Shown here: one piece after another, positions 36,917 to 49,492 of the stretch
How positions within the stretch are numbered: position 1 is the first letter of the stretch
Layout: the number at the start of each line of letters is the position of its first letter
DNA from: Haliotis rufescens
Taxonomy: Eukaryota
Length of the DNA stretch: 64,000 bases
Direction of reading: 5' to 3'
Assembly (NCBI RefSeq): GCF_023055435.1
Contig: NW_025964001.1
Span: 3,286,001 to 3,350,000 of the forward strand
Position numbers and translations under genes: made by a program
The notes under the pieces: model-generated
Seen by the model: the letters and a program-made list of their open reading frames with translations, nothing else
What the model was told of the DNA's origin: nothing
The model's database searches: none

Positions 36917-37761
36917 TTAAGTTGGAAGTGGATACGTAGCAATATATGCATGAAGATTCAGACTGGCAAAGAAGTATCCACAAGACTGTAAGTCAAGGGG
37001 GATGACGACACCTTTCCCTTTATGTCAAGCAATATTCAAGCAGCTCCAGGCTTTGGTGTCTACACCAACTTTATTGGCAGATTTCAATGAGTGTCATGTG
37101 ACTGTTGCTCAAAAGTTGTTTGATCGGGGTTTCAACATTGAAGGCCTTTTTATGGTTGTTATGTTGGCGATTTTTCCTAATTTGATGCATCAGTGACAAA
37201 AATGTCCGATGCAATTCCTTATTTGATGAACAGTTGACTTGCCTATGCATGTGTTTGTGAAGTGTGCAATCACTGGGGCAGGATACGTTCACCTCTTTGA
37301 GAACACCTATTCAACGCTATTTGCTAGTGATTCATATCATTCACACGTGCTTATGATATAGTTAGAATCGGACAATTGACCCTGGTTTTAGCAGAGATTC
37401 CTTATATTTATGGAAATTGTTTCTTGTATTTCCCTTTTTGAGATTTCCGTATCAAATAATGGAGCTCTTTCCTATTTCAAAGTCGCTGATTGGTCGTCGT
37501 TGTTTATTTCGCACTTGGAAACACTAAATCCCTGTAAAATACATATGTATCGACCTACTGTTATTTCCGAACCAACGTGGCGGATAATTGGACAGGTTAT
37601 GTAAGATGGTCCGAGGTTTTACAGTGCGAACATGTATGTACCTAATGTTGTTCGACATACCCAACTCTCTTTCTTTGGGTCCCTATATATCCCCGACCCC
37701 CACCCCCAGGCACGTACCCCACCCCCGGCCCTGCCTCCACCGTGGGATTGTCCATAATGAG

Positions 37762-38391
37762 GGTGGCTACAGTGTGTGATCTGCAAGGCTGATTATGTGC
37801 CTTCGTGTCAGAATAGGTCCTCATTAAGCCCGTGCTTGTCGTAAGGGTCGGCTAATGAGGATCGGTGGCCACAGTGTGTGATCTGCAAGGCTGATTATGT
37901 GCCTTCGTGTCAGAATAGGTCCTCATTAAGCCCGTGCTTGTCGTAAGGGTCGGCTAATGAGGATCGGTGGCTACAGTGTGTGATCTGCAAGGCTGATTAT
38001 GTGCCTTCGTGTCAGAATAGGTCCTCATTAAGCCCGTGCTTGTCGTAAGGGTCGGCTAATGAGGATCGGTGGCCACAGTGTGTGATCTGCAAGGCTGATT
38101 ATGTGCCTTCGTGTCAGAATAGGTCCTCATTAAGCCCGTGCTTGTCGTAAGGGTCGGCTAATGAGGATCGGTGGCTACAGTGTGTGATCTGCAAGGCTGA
38201 TTATGTGCCTTCGTGTCAGAATAGGTCCTCATTAAGCCCGTGCTTGTCGTAAGGGTCGGCTAATGAGGATCGGTGGCTACAGTGTGTGATCTGCAAGGCT
38301 GATTATGTGCCTTCGTGTCAGAATAGGTCCTCATTAAGCCCGTGCTTGTCGTAAGGGTCGGCTAATGAGGATCAGTGGCCACAGTGTGTGA
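37762..38391. repeat. 102-bp tandem repeat, 6 near-identical units, partly derived from the SINE family A head
   Basis: Units start at 37771, 37873, 37975, 38077, 38179 and 38281. Each contains AGAATAGGTCCTCA..GCTTGTCGTAAG.G.CG.CTAA..GGATCGG. Confidence 0.95.
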
Positions 38392-38474
38392 CGGGACTGA
38401 TAATACGTCATCATTCCCAGACGGTCTAGAACGTTGCTCAACCACTGGCTCTCTGGTATGATTATGTGCAGACA

Positions 38475-38662
38475 ACAAACACACACACGCACACACACGC
38501 CCGCACACACACACCACACACAGAGACACGCACACACACATACACACACTACACACAAACACAGACACACACCACACATATAGACACACACACACAGCCT
38601 CACATAGACACACACAGACACACACAACATAGTAACACACCACACACACGCACGCACACACG
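38475..38662. repeat. CA-rich microsatellite
   Basis: Direct reading. Confidence 0.9.
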
Positions 38663-38699
38663 TTACATAAGTACAATTACTTGTCCTGATTCAACTGGT

Positions 38700-40030
38700 C
38701 ACAATAAATAAGTAGTGGAGTTAATCGCCTATATCAGATTGTTACAAAATACATTTTCCTGTTTTCAACAGATATATAGCTCCTGCATGATTTTTCTTTA
38801 GACAGGCGGTGGTGATATGAAGTTCTGAAATACAGAAAACTAAGTATTAATGATTCGCAGTGTAGTAAAATAATTTCTCTCTATGCTATGTTGATCAGTC
38901 AGACAGTTGTCGGTGTAATATAATCAGTCAATTTGTAAAATAACTGAATTTTTCACTTAGGCAGTTTACAAAACGCCAAAATACTTCTGTCATTTTACAA
39001 TTATTTTTTCGATTTATTATATCGTGATAACTAATTCCAAACATTGTTCTACTTTATTACCCAGTGACTAAAAATGATAGGATTAAAAGAAAACGTAACT
39101 CAATGTATATTTATTTCGCATTTCTTGGCTTCTAATCATGGCATAATTTGTATATTGTGATGTTTTTTAAGCACTATTAAACTTCTTAATAACGTTTAGT
39201 TCATCTGACAGGAAAATAATTGTAAAATTTTACACATTAACTGTAACATTAGTTACTAAGTACCAAGCCAACTTAGTTAACTTTCATTCTTCTGATATCT
39301 ATTCATTAAAAATTGGTACATTTTTATCGATTTACCCTAAAAAAGTCGTGCACAGTAAGATATACCTACTGAGCAGATAATGACATACCTGTTTCCCCAC
39401 AAAGCTTATACAGAGGTGTGTCCTTTTTAACAGACAATACTTATGCGAATACAGTTGAGATTGACATTTTCATACCCCATATTTCTCAGCTGTCTTTTGT
39501 AATGGGGGCGACAAGGGCATGAATGTATCTAAACTGACATCGTTTGGCAAGCTGTGATATCTTGATTCTGACCATAGGTACAGCATTGCTTTCAAACCCT
39601 TTCCGCACAATGCTTCTTTGATTCAGCAAGTGAACATGAAGATAACTTGTTCAAGATATTTAAAACTATCAACATCCTCCAAAGTCGCATCATGTAACAA
39701 AAACATTTTTGATAATCGTTCTTCGCAACTCTAAATATTAGTATAGTTTTATATAATTTCATCTTAAGTTTCCCCTCAGAACAAAGTCCAAAGTCAGTGG
39801 CTAATTGTAAATATTTTGTTGTCAGCCAATAATTGTGTCATCAGCATATAACAAAATGATTAGTTTGAAGAACATATCTAGAAAAATTCTGATAACAATC
39901 AAGTTTGAGATTAATGCTGTAACATTATGTTCAAGAACGAAAGAAAGTCATTTAAATGAAGTGCAAACAAGACTGGAGATGGATAGTCACCTTGTCGTAC
40001 CCCACTGCATCATGGGAAATATTGCGTGGT
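38700..40030 (-). mobile_element. Decayed non-LTR retrotransposon RT plus C-terminal zinc-knuckle fragment
   Basis: Minus strand VGVRQGDYPSPVLFALHLND (~40010-39950), FKLIILLYADDTII (~39870-39828) and VENRK..SDIGD*LHYL near 38770-38708. Confidence 0.75.
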
Positions 40031-40129
40031 TATTATTACTTTATATGCCTGGCTGATGGGCTGATACATATAATGGGTGATTCTTAAACACTTTCCATCT
40101 ATACTTCTGGTCAATTATTTTCTTCCCCA

Positions 40130-40391
40130 GTATAGATTCCGGGGTAGAATAGGTCTTCAGCAACCCATGCTTGCCGTAAAAGGTGATATGCTTGTCGTAA
40201 AAGGCAACTAACGGGATCGGGTGGTCAGGCTCGCTGACTTGGTTGATGCATGTCATTGATCCCAATTGCGTGGATCGATGCTCATGATGTCAATCACTGG
40301 ATTGTCTGGTCCAGACTCGTTATTTAAAGACCGCCGTCATATAGCTGGAATATTGCTTAGTGCAGTGTTAAACAACAAAACAACAACAACC
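40130..40391 (+). mobile_element. SINE family A with an internally duplicated TGCTTG(C/T)CGTAAAAGG hairpin segment
   Basis: Matches family A; (ACA)n tail. Confidence 0.88.
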
Positions 40392-40496
40392 ACAATTCTT
40401 CCCATACGTTATCGAAGGCTCTCGAGCTCTACGAAACAAGAGTGTAATATATTGTTGTGACTTGACTATGTAGAAGCCTCAGTGACACAGCAGAAG

Positions 40497-40700
40497 GGCC
40501 GGCGGGGTAGCCTAGTGGTTAAAGCGTTCGCTTCGCACGCCGAAGGCCCGGGTTCGATTCCCATAGTGGGGAGAATGTGTCAAGTCTTTTTCTGGAGATC
40601 CCCGCGTGACACAAAGGAGGCGAAAGGAGGCGTTATACCATGCTCACTCACTTACATCGTAGGATTGCTGAATGCGGCGTAAAACAACATCCTTACACTC
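40497..40700 (+). mobile_element. Diverged SINE family D with a duplicated tail
   Basis: GGGGTAGCCTAGTGGTTAAAGCGTTCGC..GCCGAAGGCCCGGGTTCGATTCCC. Confidence 0.8.
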
Positions 40701-41864
40701 ACCGCCCCTACTTACTCTCGCTAACACGGTATACTGACAAGTTCACAGACTTCACCCGCTGCAACTCTGACCTCGACCTATAAACGACTAATCTAACTTA
40801 CTGCTAACTCGCCACTCGAGGTGGCGTTTCTTCAGATAAGCTACAGGATTAGAACAGCTTGAATCAATTAGCAGCGCGGCCGGATGTTTTAGTGCGCCGT
40901 ACTATATGACAAAGCTTTCAACACTCTCTTCACGACTATCAAGTTGGGCAGATTTCTGGTAAGGAGATCAATAAATCGATCAGACAGCGTTGCCTTAAGG
41001 GTTACGCAACTCAAAGTTGTCAGTAGGAGTGACTCCGCCAACATCATAGCAACGTCACAAGACACCTAGCACGTTGAAAAAACCCTTACATTTTCAATTA
41101 TCGTTTCTTTGTTGTATTCATGAAATATTCAGACAGTCCCTTTTATTGCTAATGAGCAGCCAAAATGGTTTGTCTTTTCTTGTTTCAAGTTAAGAGATAA
41201 TATGCTGCTTTCAAAAACATCTTTTAAACAGTCGCAGTAAACTGGAAATGAGATATCGATGGTCATTTTATGACCTTTTTTTAAAGTTCTTTGACAGACA
41301 AATCATGATTCATCGTCTATAAATGGCTGTCGATATACACTCGAACGAAGCACATATAAGCCGGTGAAGTCACTGCTCTCTTAGTCCGGAAAGACCACAG
41401 ACAGACAGAGAGTTTATTTAGGTCTCACTTCAACTTATGATAAAAAAAGAAGTTACATTGAAATATGCGGCAGTTCTATGCGGAACTACGAGAGACTATT
41501 TACATAAAATACATCCGAAGTACCGAAGTAAAACAAAAACTACGCTAGATTTAGGTAAAAATGTGACAGGTGTATGGCGGATACTGTGGGGATAATCTGT
41601 ATCAAATCCACGGTAACTCCTGCGAGTCCACTGATCCAAGTAATTGTACAGGCAGCGACATTTCTGGAATAACAAGGTTTACCTCTATATGATTTAACGT
41701 AATTCTATCTTTACATCTTCACACTGAGCATGGACTGGCAATAAACTTTGAATGATTTCACTTTTACAACTTGTTTAAATACAAAACAGTTTTATTACAC
41801 AATCCATTTATGTTTCAACATTACTGTATGAGTAGAACTCAAGGAGTGCCTCTTCTGTTGGTTA

Positions 41865-42035
41865 TCGATTGCGCGTGAGCGTTATATCGCCGGAAGGGCG
41901 AGACCGAGAGTTGTCTGCCGACCGACCCGGCGCGTGTCGAGACCCGACTCAGTTAATTACACTTTCTTATCACCTCCGGCTTCGAACAAGCCAGCCACAG
42001 ACAAACGTAGGGTGGTAAAGGGTCACGTGATTAGA
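41865..42035 (+). promoter_or_regulatory. CpG-rich putative promoter upstream of the 241-aa ORF
   Basis: Locally CpG-dense; CCGGAAG (ETS-like) at ~41890 and GTCACGTGA (E-box) at ~42022. Confidence 0.35.
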
Positions 42036-42252
42036 GAGACCCTTTGTAACATTCGGGAACTATCGTCTTGGAGGTCACGGAGAATGTCGAGTTGTTCTGA
42101 ATGAGGAGTGAAAGTCGGATGACTTTACCTGGAGGAAAACATTTTTCATAACTTATTTCACGGATCCGTGGGCAACAACATTTGAAAATGTGAAGAAATA
42201 TCAAAATTGAATTTAAGGTTTCCGCTGGCATGACCACTTTTGTTCCCTTTTG

Positions 42253-42620
42253 AGGTGAGGTGAAATGTGGTTTAACGTTGCGTGCAACATTGTTGCACTT
42301 ATATAGCGACGTGCATGCACGTGTGTGTGTGTGTGCGTGCGTGCGTGTGTGTGTATATGTACTAGACCGGACTGATGCCGACGTTATAGTGCAAGCCCAC
42401 TGAGATAACATGCCGCTGTTTTAACATGAATACCCCACTCAGACACAGTATACTGACTCCGAGCCGACAATTCCTTGTTTTAGCCCCTTAATGCCGAGCG
42501 CCAGACAGGGTAACAACAAATACCATCTTTTAACGTCTTTTTGTATGACGCGACCGGGGATCGAACCTTGGACCTTCCGCTCCTCGGGCGGACGCTCCAC
42601 CACTAGACCACGTAGGCGTC
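42253..42620 (-). mobile_element. SINE family B
   Basis: Full length; TSD TGTTCCCTT..GAGG at 42241 and 42621. Confidence 0.9.
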
Positions 42621-42683
42621 TGTTCCCTTCAGAGGCCAGGCATCGCGCTGTAAGGTGTATTTACAGCTGACACAAACGGTGTC

Positions 42684-43347
42684 ATGGCTGGACAAATGAG
42701 AAAGGGTAGTCTTGCACAATTAAACCAGAACCAATGTTTATCATTAAAAAGCAAGTTCAGCCAGCTCTATTCCAAATTTGAGTTTACAACGCCAGAGATA
42801 AAAACGCCAGCCTCGATTATCCCACGAAACAAATTCCATGGTTGTAAAATGCTTAAATGCGATGAAAATGATCAGCGTCAGCATCAAACAAAAGTAGAGG
42901 AGGGAATTGCATTCGCAATAAAAGATTTCAAAGACTCCATGTCAGTCCATAGAACGAGTGCTAAGCGTGGTTCTGAAGCAAGCCGACCGGAAGTCCGTGA
43001 TCAATGTAAACCACAAAGGCTGACCTATGAGAAGGAATTATCCACGCTGCCCTGTACTAACACGGTGGACCGGAAGTCCACTGACCGCCATTCAGATGAA
43101 GCGAAAAGAAAACATGGAGTACAAGGAAGTCTCTTGAGATCTGACTTCATTAGGCCCGACGCACCCTTCCGGGAGATAAGACTGGCACCAAAGTGTTGCT
43201 TCTACACTGCCGACTGGTTCGATAGTTCGGAAACGTGTTCAATACCGAACCGCACGGCCAAACGAGATTTGACTCCACACAGCGACTGTAATGTACCCCT
43301 AGTTAATGACATAGGAAATGGTGCCATCATATACCGTCTGTTAGGGT
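42684..43347 (+). CDS. Candidate first coding exon of an uncharacterised host gene (unspliced ORF runs to 43409)
   Basis: The only long non-repetitive, non-TE ORF (241 aa). ATG in GTCATGG context; consensus donor GTGAGT at 43348, after which sequence becomes AT-rich. No domain recognised. Confidence 0.45.
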
Positions 43348-43696
43348 GTGAGTTGTGTTTTATATTATATCATAATCGTAAACACGTGTTACATATGCTA
43401 AAACGGTAACAACGGAATGCGATTAAACACAGTTTCGAGAAACCTAAGCAGTCAGTGAAAGCTAGAAGAAATTGACTAATAGTTGCCAGGGAACGGTTTA
43501 AAACTATTGAGCTGTGTGGGTGAAGAATGAAGTTATCATTATGATCGGTGATCACCAAGGGTCTGGTCTTTTTCTGTCATTGGCCATTTTTTTAACTTGT
43601 TACATTTAAAACAGAAAGGAATAAGAGCTGACGCTGTTGTGAGCGATATTTCCAAATTCAATTTCATAAAATGTCAGAAACATAAAAGCAGCTACA

Positions 43697-45235
43697 TCAT
43701 GGCTATCATTGTGAGACACATTACAACAGCTGTATCGTGGCAATAATTGACACACACATTAGAACAGCTGTATGGTGGTCATCATTGTCAGACACATTAC
43801 AACAGCTGTATGGTGGTCATCATTGTCAGACACATTACAACAGCTGTATCGTGGACATCATTGTTAGACACATTACAACAGCTGTATCGTGGACATCATT
43901 GTCAGACACATTACAACAGCTGTATCGTGGACATCATTGTCAGACACATTACAACAGCTGTATCATGGCTATCATTGACACACACATTACAACAGCTGTA
44001 TCGTGGCCATCATTGTCAGACACATTACAACAGCTGTATCGTGGACATCATTGTCAGACACATTAGAACAGCTGTATCGTGGCCATTATTGTCAGACACA
44101 TGAAAAACAGCTGTATCGTGGACATCATTTTGAGACACATTACAACAGCTGTTTCGTGGTCATCATTGTCAGACACATTACAACAGCTGTATCGTGGCCA
44201 TCATTGTCAGACACATTACAACAGCTGTATCGTGGACATCATTGTCAGACACATTACAACAGCTGTATCATGGCTATCATTGACACACACATTACAACAG
44301 CTGTATCGTGGCCATCATTGTCAGACACATTACAACAGCTGTATCGTGGACATCATTGTCAGACACATTACAACAGCTGTATCGTGAACACCATTGTCAG
44401 ACACATTACAACAGCTGTATCGTGGCCATCATTGTCAGACACATTACAACAGCTGTATCGTGGACATCATTGTGAGACACATTACAACAGCTGTATCATG
44501 GCTATCATTGTCAGACACATTACAACAGCTGTATCGTGGACATCATTGTCAGACACATTACAACAGCTGTATCGTGGCCATCATTGTCAGACACATTACA
44601 ACAGCTTTATCGTGGACATCATTGTGAGACACATTAGAACAGCTGTATCGTGGACATCATTGTCAGACACATTACAACAGCTGTATCGTGGCCATCATTG
44701 TCAGACACATTACAACAGCTGTATCGTGGACATCATTGTCAGACAAATTACAACAGCTGCATCGTGGCCATCATTGTCAGACACATTACAACAGCTGTAT
44801 CGTGGACATCATTGTCAGACACATTACAACAGCTGTATCGTGGCCATCATTGTCAGACACATTACAACAGCTGTATCGTGGACATCATTGTCAGACACAT
44901 TACAACAGCTGTATGGTGGTTATCATTGTCAGACACATTACAACAGCTGTATCGTGAACATCATTGTTAGACACATTACAACAGCTGTATGGTGGTTATC
45001 ATTGTCAGACACATTACAACAGCTGTATCGTGGACATCATTGTTAGACACATTTCAACAGCTGTATCGTGGACATCATTGTCAGACATATAATAACAGCT
45101 GTGTCGTGGACATCATTGTCAGACAAATTACAACAGCTGTATCGTGGCCATCATTGTCAGACACATTACAACAGCTGTATCGTGGCCATCATTGTCAGAC
45201 ACATTACAACAGCTGTATCGTGGACATCATTGTCA
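43697..45235. repeat. 38-bp minisatellite ACATTACAACAGCTGTATCGTGG(A/C)CATCATTGTCAGAC, about 40 units
   Basis: Period 38; the ORFs repeat a 38-aa cycle. Confidence 0.97.
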
Positions 45236-45284
45236 GGGGTATTTCAAGGCAAATATCTCGCCCACTATTGCATTATTTGTTATT

Positions 45285-45978
45285 TTCATTTCAACAGCTG
45301 AACCACTATTGTCAATAGGCACTACAACAGCTAAAGCACGCCCGCTATTGTCTAGAGTATTATTACAACAGCTAAAGCACGTCCGCTATTGTCAAGAGTA
45401 TTATTACAACAGCTAAAGCACGTCCGCTATTATCACCAGCACTACAACAGCTAAAGCACGCCCGCCATTGTCAATAGTATTAGAACAGCTAAAACACGGC
45501 CATAACTGTCAAAAGCATTATTACAACAGCTAATGCACCTCCGCTATTGTCACCAGCACTACATCAGCTAAAGCACATCCACTATTGTCAACAGCATTAT
45601 TTTAACAGCTAAAACACGGTCATTATTGTCAACAGCATTATTTCAACAGCTAAAACACGGTCATTATTGTCAACAGCATTATTTCAACAGCTAAAACACG
45701 GTCATTATTGTCAACAGCATTATTTCAACAGCTAAAACACGGTCATTATTGTCAACAGCATTATTTCAACAGCTAAAACACGGTCATTATTGTCAACAGC
45801 ATTATTTCAACAGCTAAAACACGGTCATTATTGTCAACAGCATTATTTCAACAGCTAAAACACGGTCATTATTGTCAACAGCATTATTTCAACAGCTAAA
45901 ACACGGTCATTATTGTCAACAGCATTATTTCAACAGCTAAAACACGGTCATTTTTGTCAACAGCATTATTACAACTAT
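45285..45978. repeat. 38-41-bp minisatellite, ending in a homogeneous 41-mer CATTATTTCAACAGCTAAAACACGGTCATTATTGTCAACAG
   Basis: About 9 almost identical 41-mers at 45595-45970. Confidence 0.95.
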
Positions 45979-48209
45979 ATCATGGCCACGTCTGTCATTT
46001 TCTGCACTCGTCCTGAGCAATAGTTTCAGCTAGATTGATTGTGTAAGGGTGGCAGGGACCAGAGCTTTTACAAAGACTGTTGGAAATAGACTCCATACTG
46101 ACACCACACAGACCTACTCCACAGATTACACCATCACCAGCAAAGGACTCGTGTAAATCAGTGTCGCAACTAGAGGACCTACCGTTGGCGAAATCAAAAT
46201 GTCTGTTTAACAGATTAGTCTATTCACTATAACGTACCAGCATGTATTGTGGAGGTTGAAGCTTGGTGATATTGGGTGGCATTTGGTTGGCCGTGGATCT
46301 GTCTTGCGATCATTGGACGGGGTGGACTCCACAGAGAAGAAATCACCATGCTTGTTCCTCTGACACAACAAGGTGGTCCTAACGTCATGGATTACAAGGC
46401 CCGTCCACACGGAGTGGTTCATAATACCTCTTCTTCTAACATGTTAAAACAGTATGGTGACGTCACGTTATTGTAATTGCAGTTAATTCCGAGCCAGGCC
46501 TTCATTGGTCATTCTGAACGAGCGTCAGGCAACACACGCTTACTTTTAGTGCAACCTGTGCGACTGGCGGGTGCTACCGTAGGGCAGGACATGCTTACCT
46601 TTTGGCGAAAACCATGTGTCATCACCGATTTTGAGTGATCCATTCACATTTTTATCCCTATTTTGCCTTCCGCGAATGTTTTTTTTTTCTGCGGGTAATC
46701 GAGACTGGTTGTTCTCTGACGTTGACATTTTATATTTTTACAAGTAAAACTTACTGGACTACAAGTCAATGTGCAAAATTATATAGAAATTATTTAAGAA
46801 ACATAACGTGGTTCAAGTCGAAGAAATCACTCTAATCTTCCCTTCGGGGATCTTGATTCTACTTCCAGCATCAACAGGTTCAAGGAACTTCTGCATTACA
46901 TCACAGATAGGAACTGGCCTCTTAGATACAGTCATTACCTAACTCCTTTTTAACATGCTTAGGACGTCTTGATGAGACGTGGTTATGGGCTCAAGTTTCA
47001 GAACAGACTTCTGGCCCACCTGAGAAATTCCAAGGGTAGCAAGACAGAACGTTTCTCAGCAGCTCATCTGGTTAATGCCACGACTCGTGCAAGCTTAAAT
47101 GTGCGCCATCAGTAGACATACGTGTCACGGAATCTTGATAGTCAGCGGACAATGGTAGATTGGTGTGGATTCAGATGTGGATGTCCTGACCAATGCATTG
47201 TTTTGCAAAGGAACCTATGTTTTGGAGCTTGTCACACTTTAATTGTAACCTTTCTACCGCGTTGATGTAGTTTGGTGCTTACATTTCCAGTATGTTGTTG
47301 CAACGTGCTTTGAAAACTGAAGATAGGTGGGCACACTCAAGGTAAACTGCTTTGGTATTATCAACTAACTTAGAGATTGACTGATATATAGAGAATCTCA
47401 CCCGAGTATTTGACATCAAATATATCAACGAGTGTTGAGATTTTATTTATCATCCAACATCATTCTTTCAACTTCTTCAGTTTGTAGACAGTAATAAACA
47501 GTGTCTTAAGCGTAAAAAGTAGCAGTAGCAGAGCCATTAGTGATGTCATTTGATGATAACCAATGACGTCACAATGGTCTGCAAAGCGTTGTGGTGCAAT
47601 TTCATTGCAGCGATATCTACAATAGCTTGATCTTACCCAAGCAATATCTCCTGTGGTAGCCAGTATTTTTTGGGATGATAAACATTCATATCTAACAAAT
47701 ATGTATTTTTCACTTCATACATAACATTCCTCCTTATGAATCAAGACGCCATTCTATCTGAGTGGGGTCTGTCATCGGACCCGGCTATTACGACATGTTT
47801 CCCTATCTTGTCACATATGTAATCTGCCTTGCATTCGATTTCTCGTCAAGTCAGCTAACACAATGTGCATTTGGAAAATCAACCTTCTTCATCAAAGTTC
47901 CTTGAAAGCTTGTGGCATTTCTCGGGACTAAACCTCCCTGAAAATGAAAGGTCATTCTGCAACAACAGACCAATCAAAATGGCTTTAAGTCAAGCCGCCA
48001 CACAGAGCAAGATCTAAAGGAGTTTTGCACTCCACATATGAATATTACGTAACAGCCCTCTGTAAGTTTCCATAAAGAGATCTTAGGGCAACGACTATCA
48101 TCAATCTGTGTATAGAGTTAATGCCGTCGAAGATCGCCTTGTGCCACGGGGCTCCGACGGAGAGAGTTTAAAGTGAACACCACGGGATTACGTCAAGAGA
48201 ATTGTTATT

Positions 48210-49492
48210 TTGTATACCGTCCATGTAGTTGAATACCGTCAATGTAGTTTTATATCGTCCATGTCGTTGTATACCGTTCCTGTAGTTGGATACCGCCCAT
48301 ATAGTTGGTTACATCGTATATATTGTTTAGATACCGTCCATATAATTGGGTACGTCATGACTATTGTGAGGATACGTCATGACTATTGTTTGGATACGCC
48401 ATGAATATTGTTTGGATACGATATGAATATTGTTTGGATACGTCATAAATATTGTTTGAATATGTTATTAATGGTGTTTGGATACGTTATGAATATTGTT
48501 TGGATATGTCATAAATATTGTTTGGATATGTCATGTTGTTTGCATACGTCATGAATATTTTTTGGATACGTGACGCACATTGTTTGGATACGTCATGAAT
48601 GTTGTTTGTATATGTCATGAATATTGTTTTGATACGCTATGAATACAGGTTCGATACGTCATGAACATTGTTTGGATACGTCATGAATACTGTTTTGATA
48701 CGTCATAAATATTGTTTGGATACGTCATGAATAATTTTTGGATACGTCATGAATGTCGTTGGATACGTTATGAATAATGTTTGGATACGTCATGAATGTT
48801 GTTTGGATACGTCATGAATACTGTTTGGATATGGCATGAATATTGTTTGGATATGTCATGAATACTGTTTTATGCTTCATTAATATTGTTTGGATACGTC
48901 ATGTTGTTAGGATACGTCATGAATATTGTTTGGGTACGTCATGAATATTGTTTGGATATGTAATGTTGTTTCGATACGTCATGAATGTTGTTTGGATACT
49001 TCATGAATACTGTTTCGATATGGCATGGATATTGTTTGGATATGTCATGAATACTGTTTGTATGCTTCATTAATATTGTTTGGATACGTCATGTTGTTAG
49101 GATACGTCATGAATATTGTTTGGATACGTCATGTTGTTTGGATACGTCATGAATATTGTTTGGATATGTAATATTGTTTCGATACGTCATGAATATTGTT
49201 TGGGTACGTCATGAATATTGTTTGGATATGTAATGTTGTTTCGATACTTCATGAATATTGTTTGGATACGTCAAGAATATTGTTTCGATACGTCGTGTTG
49301 TTTGGATACGTCATGAATATTGTTTGGATACGTCATGAATATTGTTTGGATATGTAATGTTGTTTCGATACGTCATGAACATTGTTTGGGTACGTCATGA
49401 ATATTGTTTGGATACGTCATGTTGTTAAGATACGTCATGAATATTGTTTGGATACGTCATGAATATTATTTGAATATGTTATGTTGTTTGGA
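48210..49492. repeat. 22/18-bp minisatellite GAATATTGTTTGGATACGTCAT
   Basis: Period 22 with interspersed 18-bp deletion variants. Confidence 0.95.

Noticed and set aside
36940-37320. Possible LINE 3' fragment on the minus strand (also a vague retroelement-like stretch at 46850-47330)
   Set aside because: No diagnostic motif could be read with confidence.
37762-38391. Hammerhead ribozyme in the 102-bp unit
   Set aside because: CTAATGA is one mismatch from CUGAUGA, but there is no GAAA core on either strand.
43737-45416. His/Cys-containing repetitive ORFs (and copies at 50852-52531) that look like zinc fingers
   Set aside because: Translation of the 38-bp unit, which is not a multiple of 3, in all frames; no real C2H2 spacing.
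10760-49492. Arrays with 29-38-bp units resembling CRISPR repeats in length
   Set aside because: Units are contiguous with no unique spacers, there is no leader or cas-like ORF, and the context is eukaryotic.
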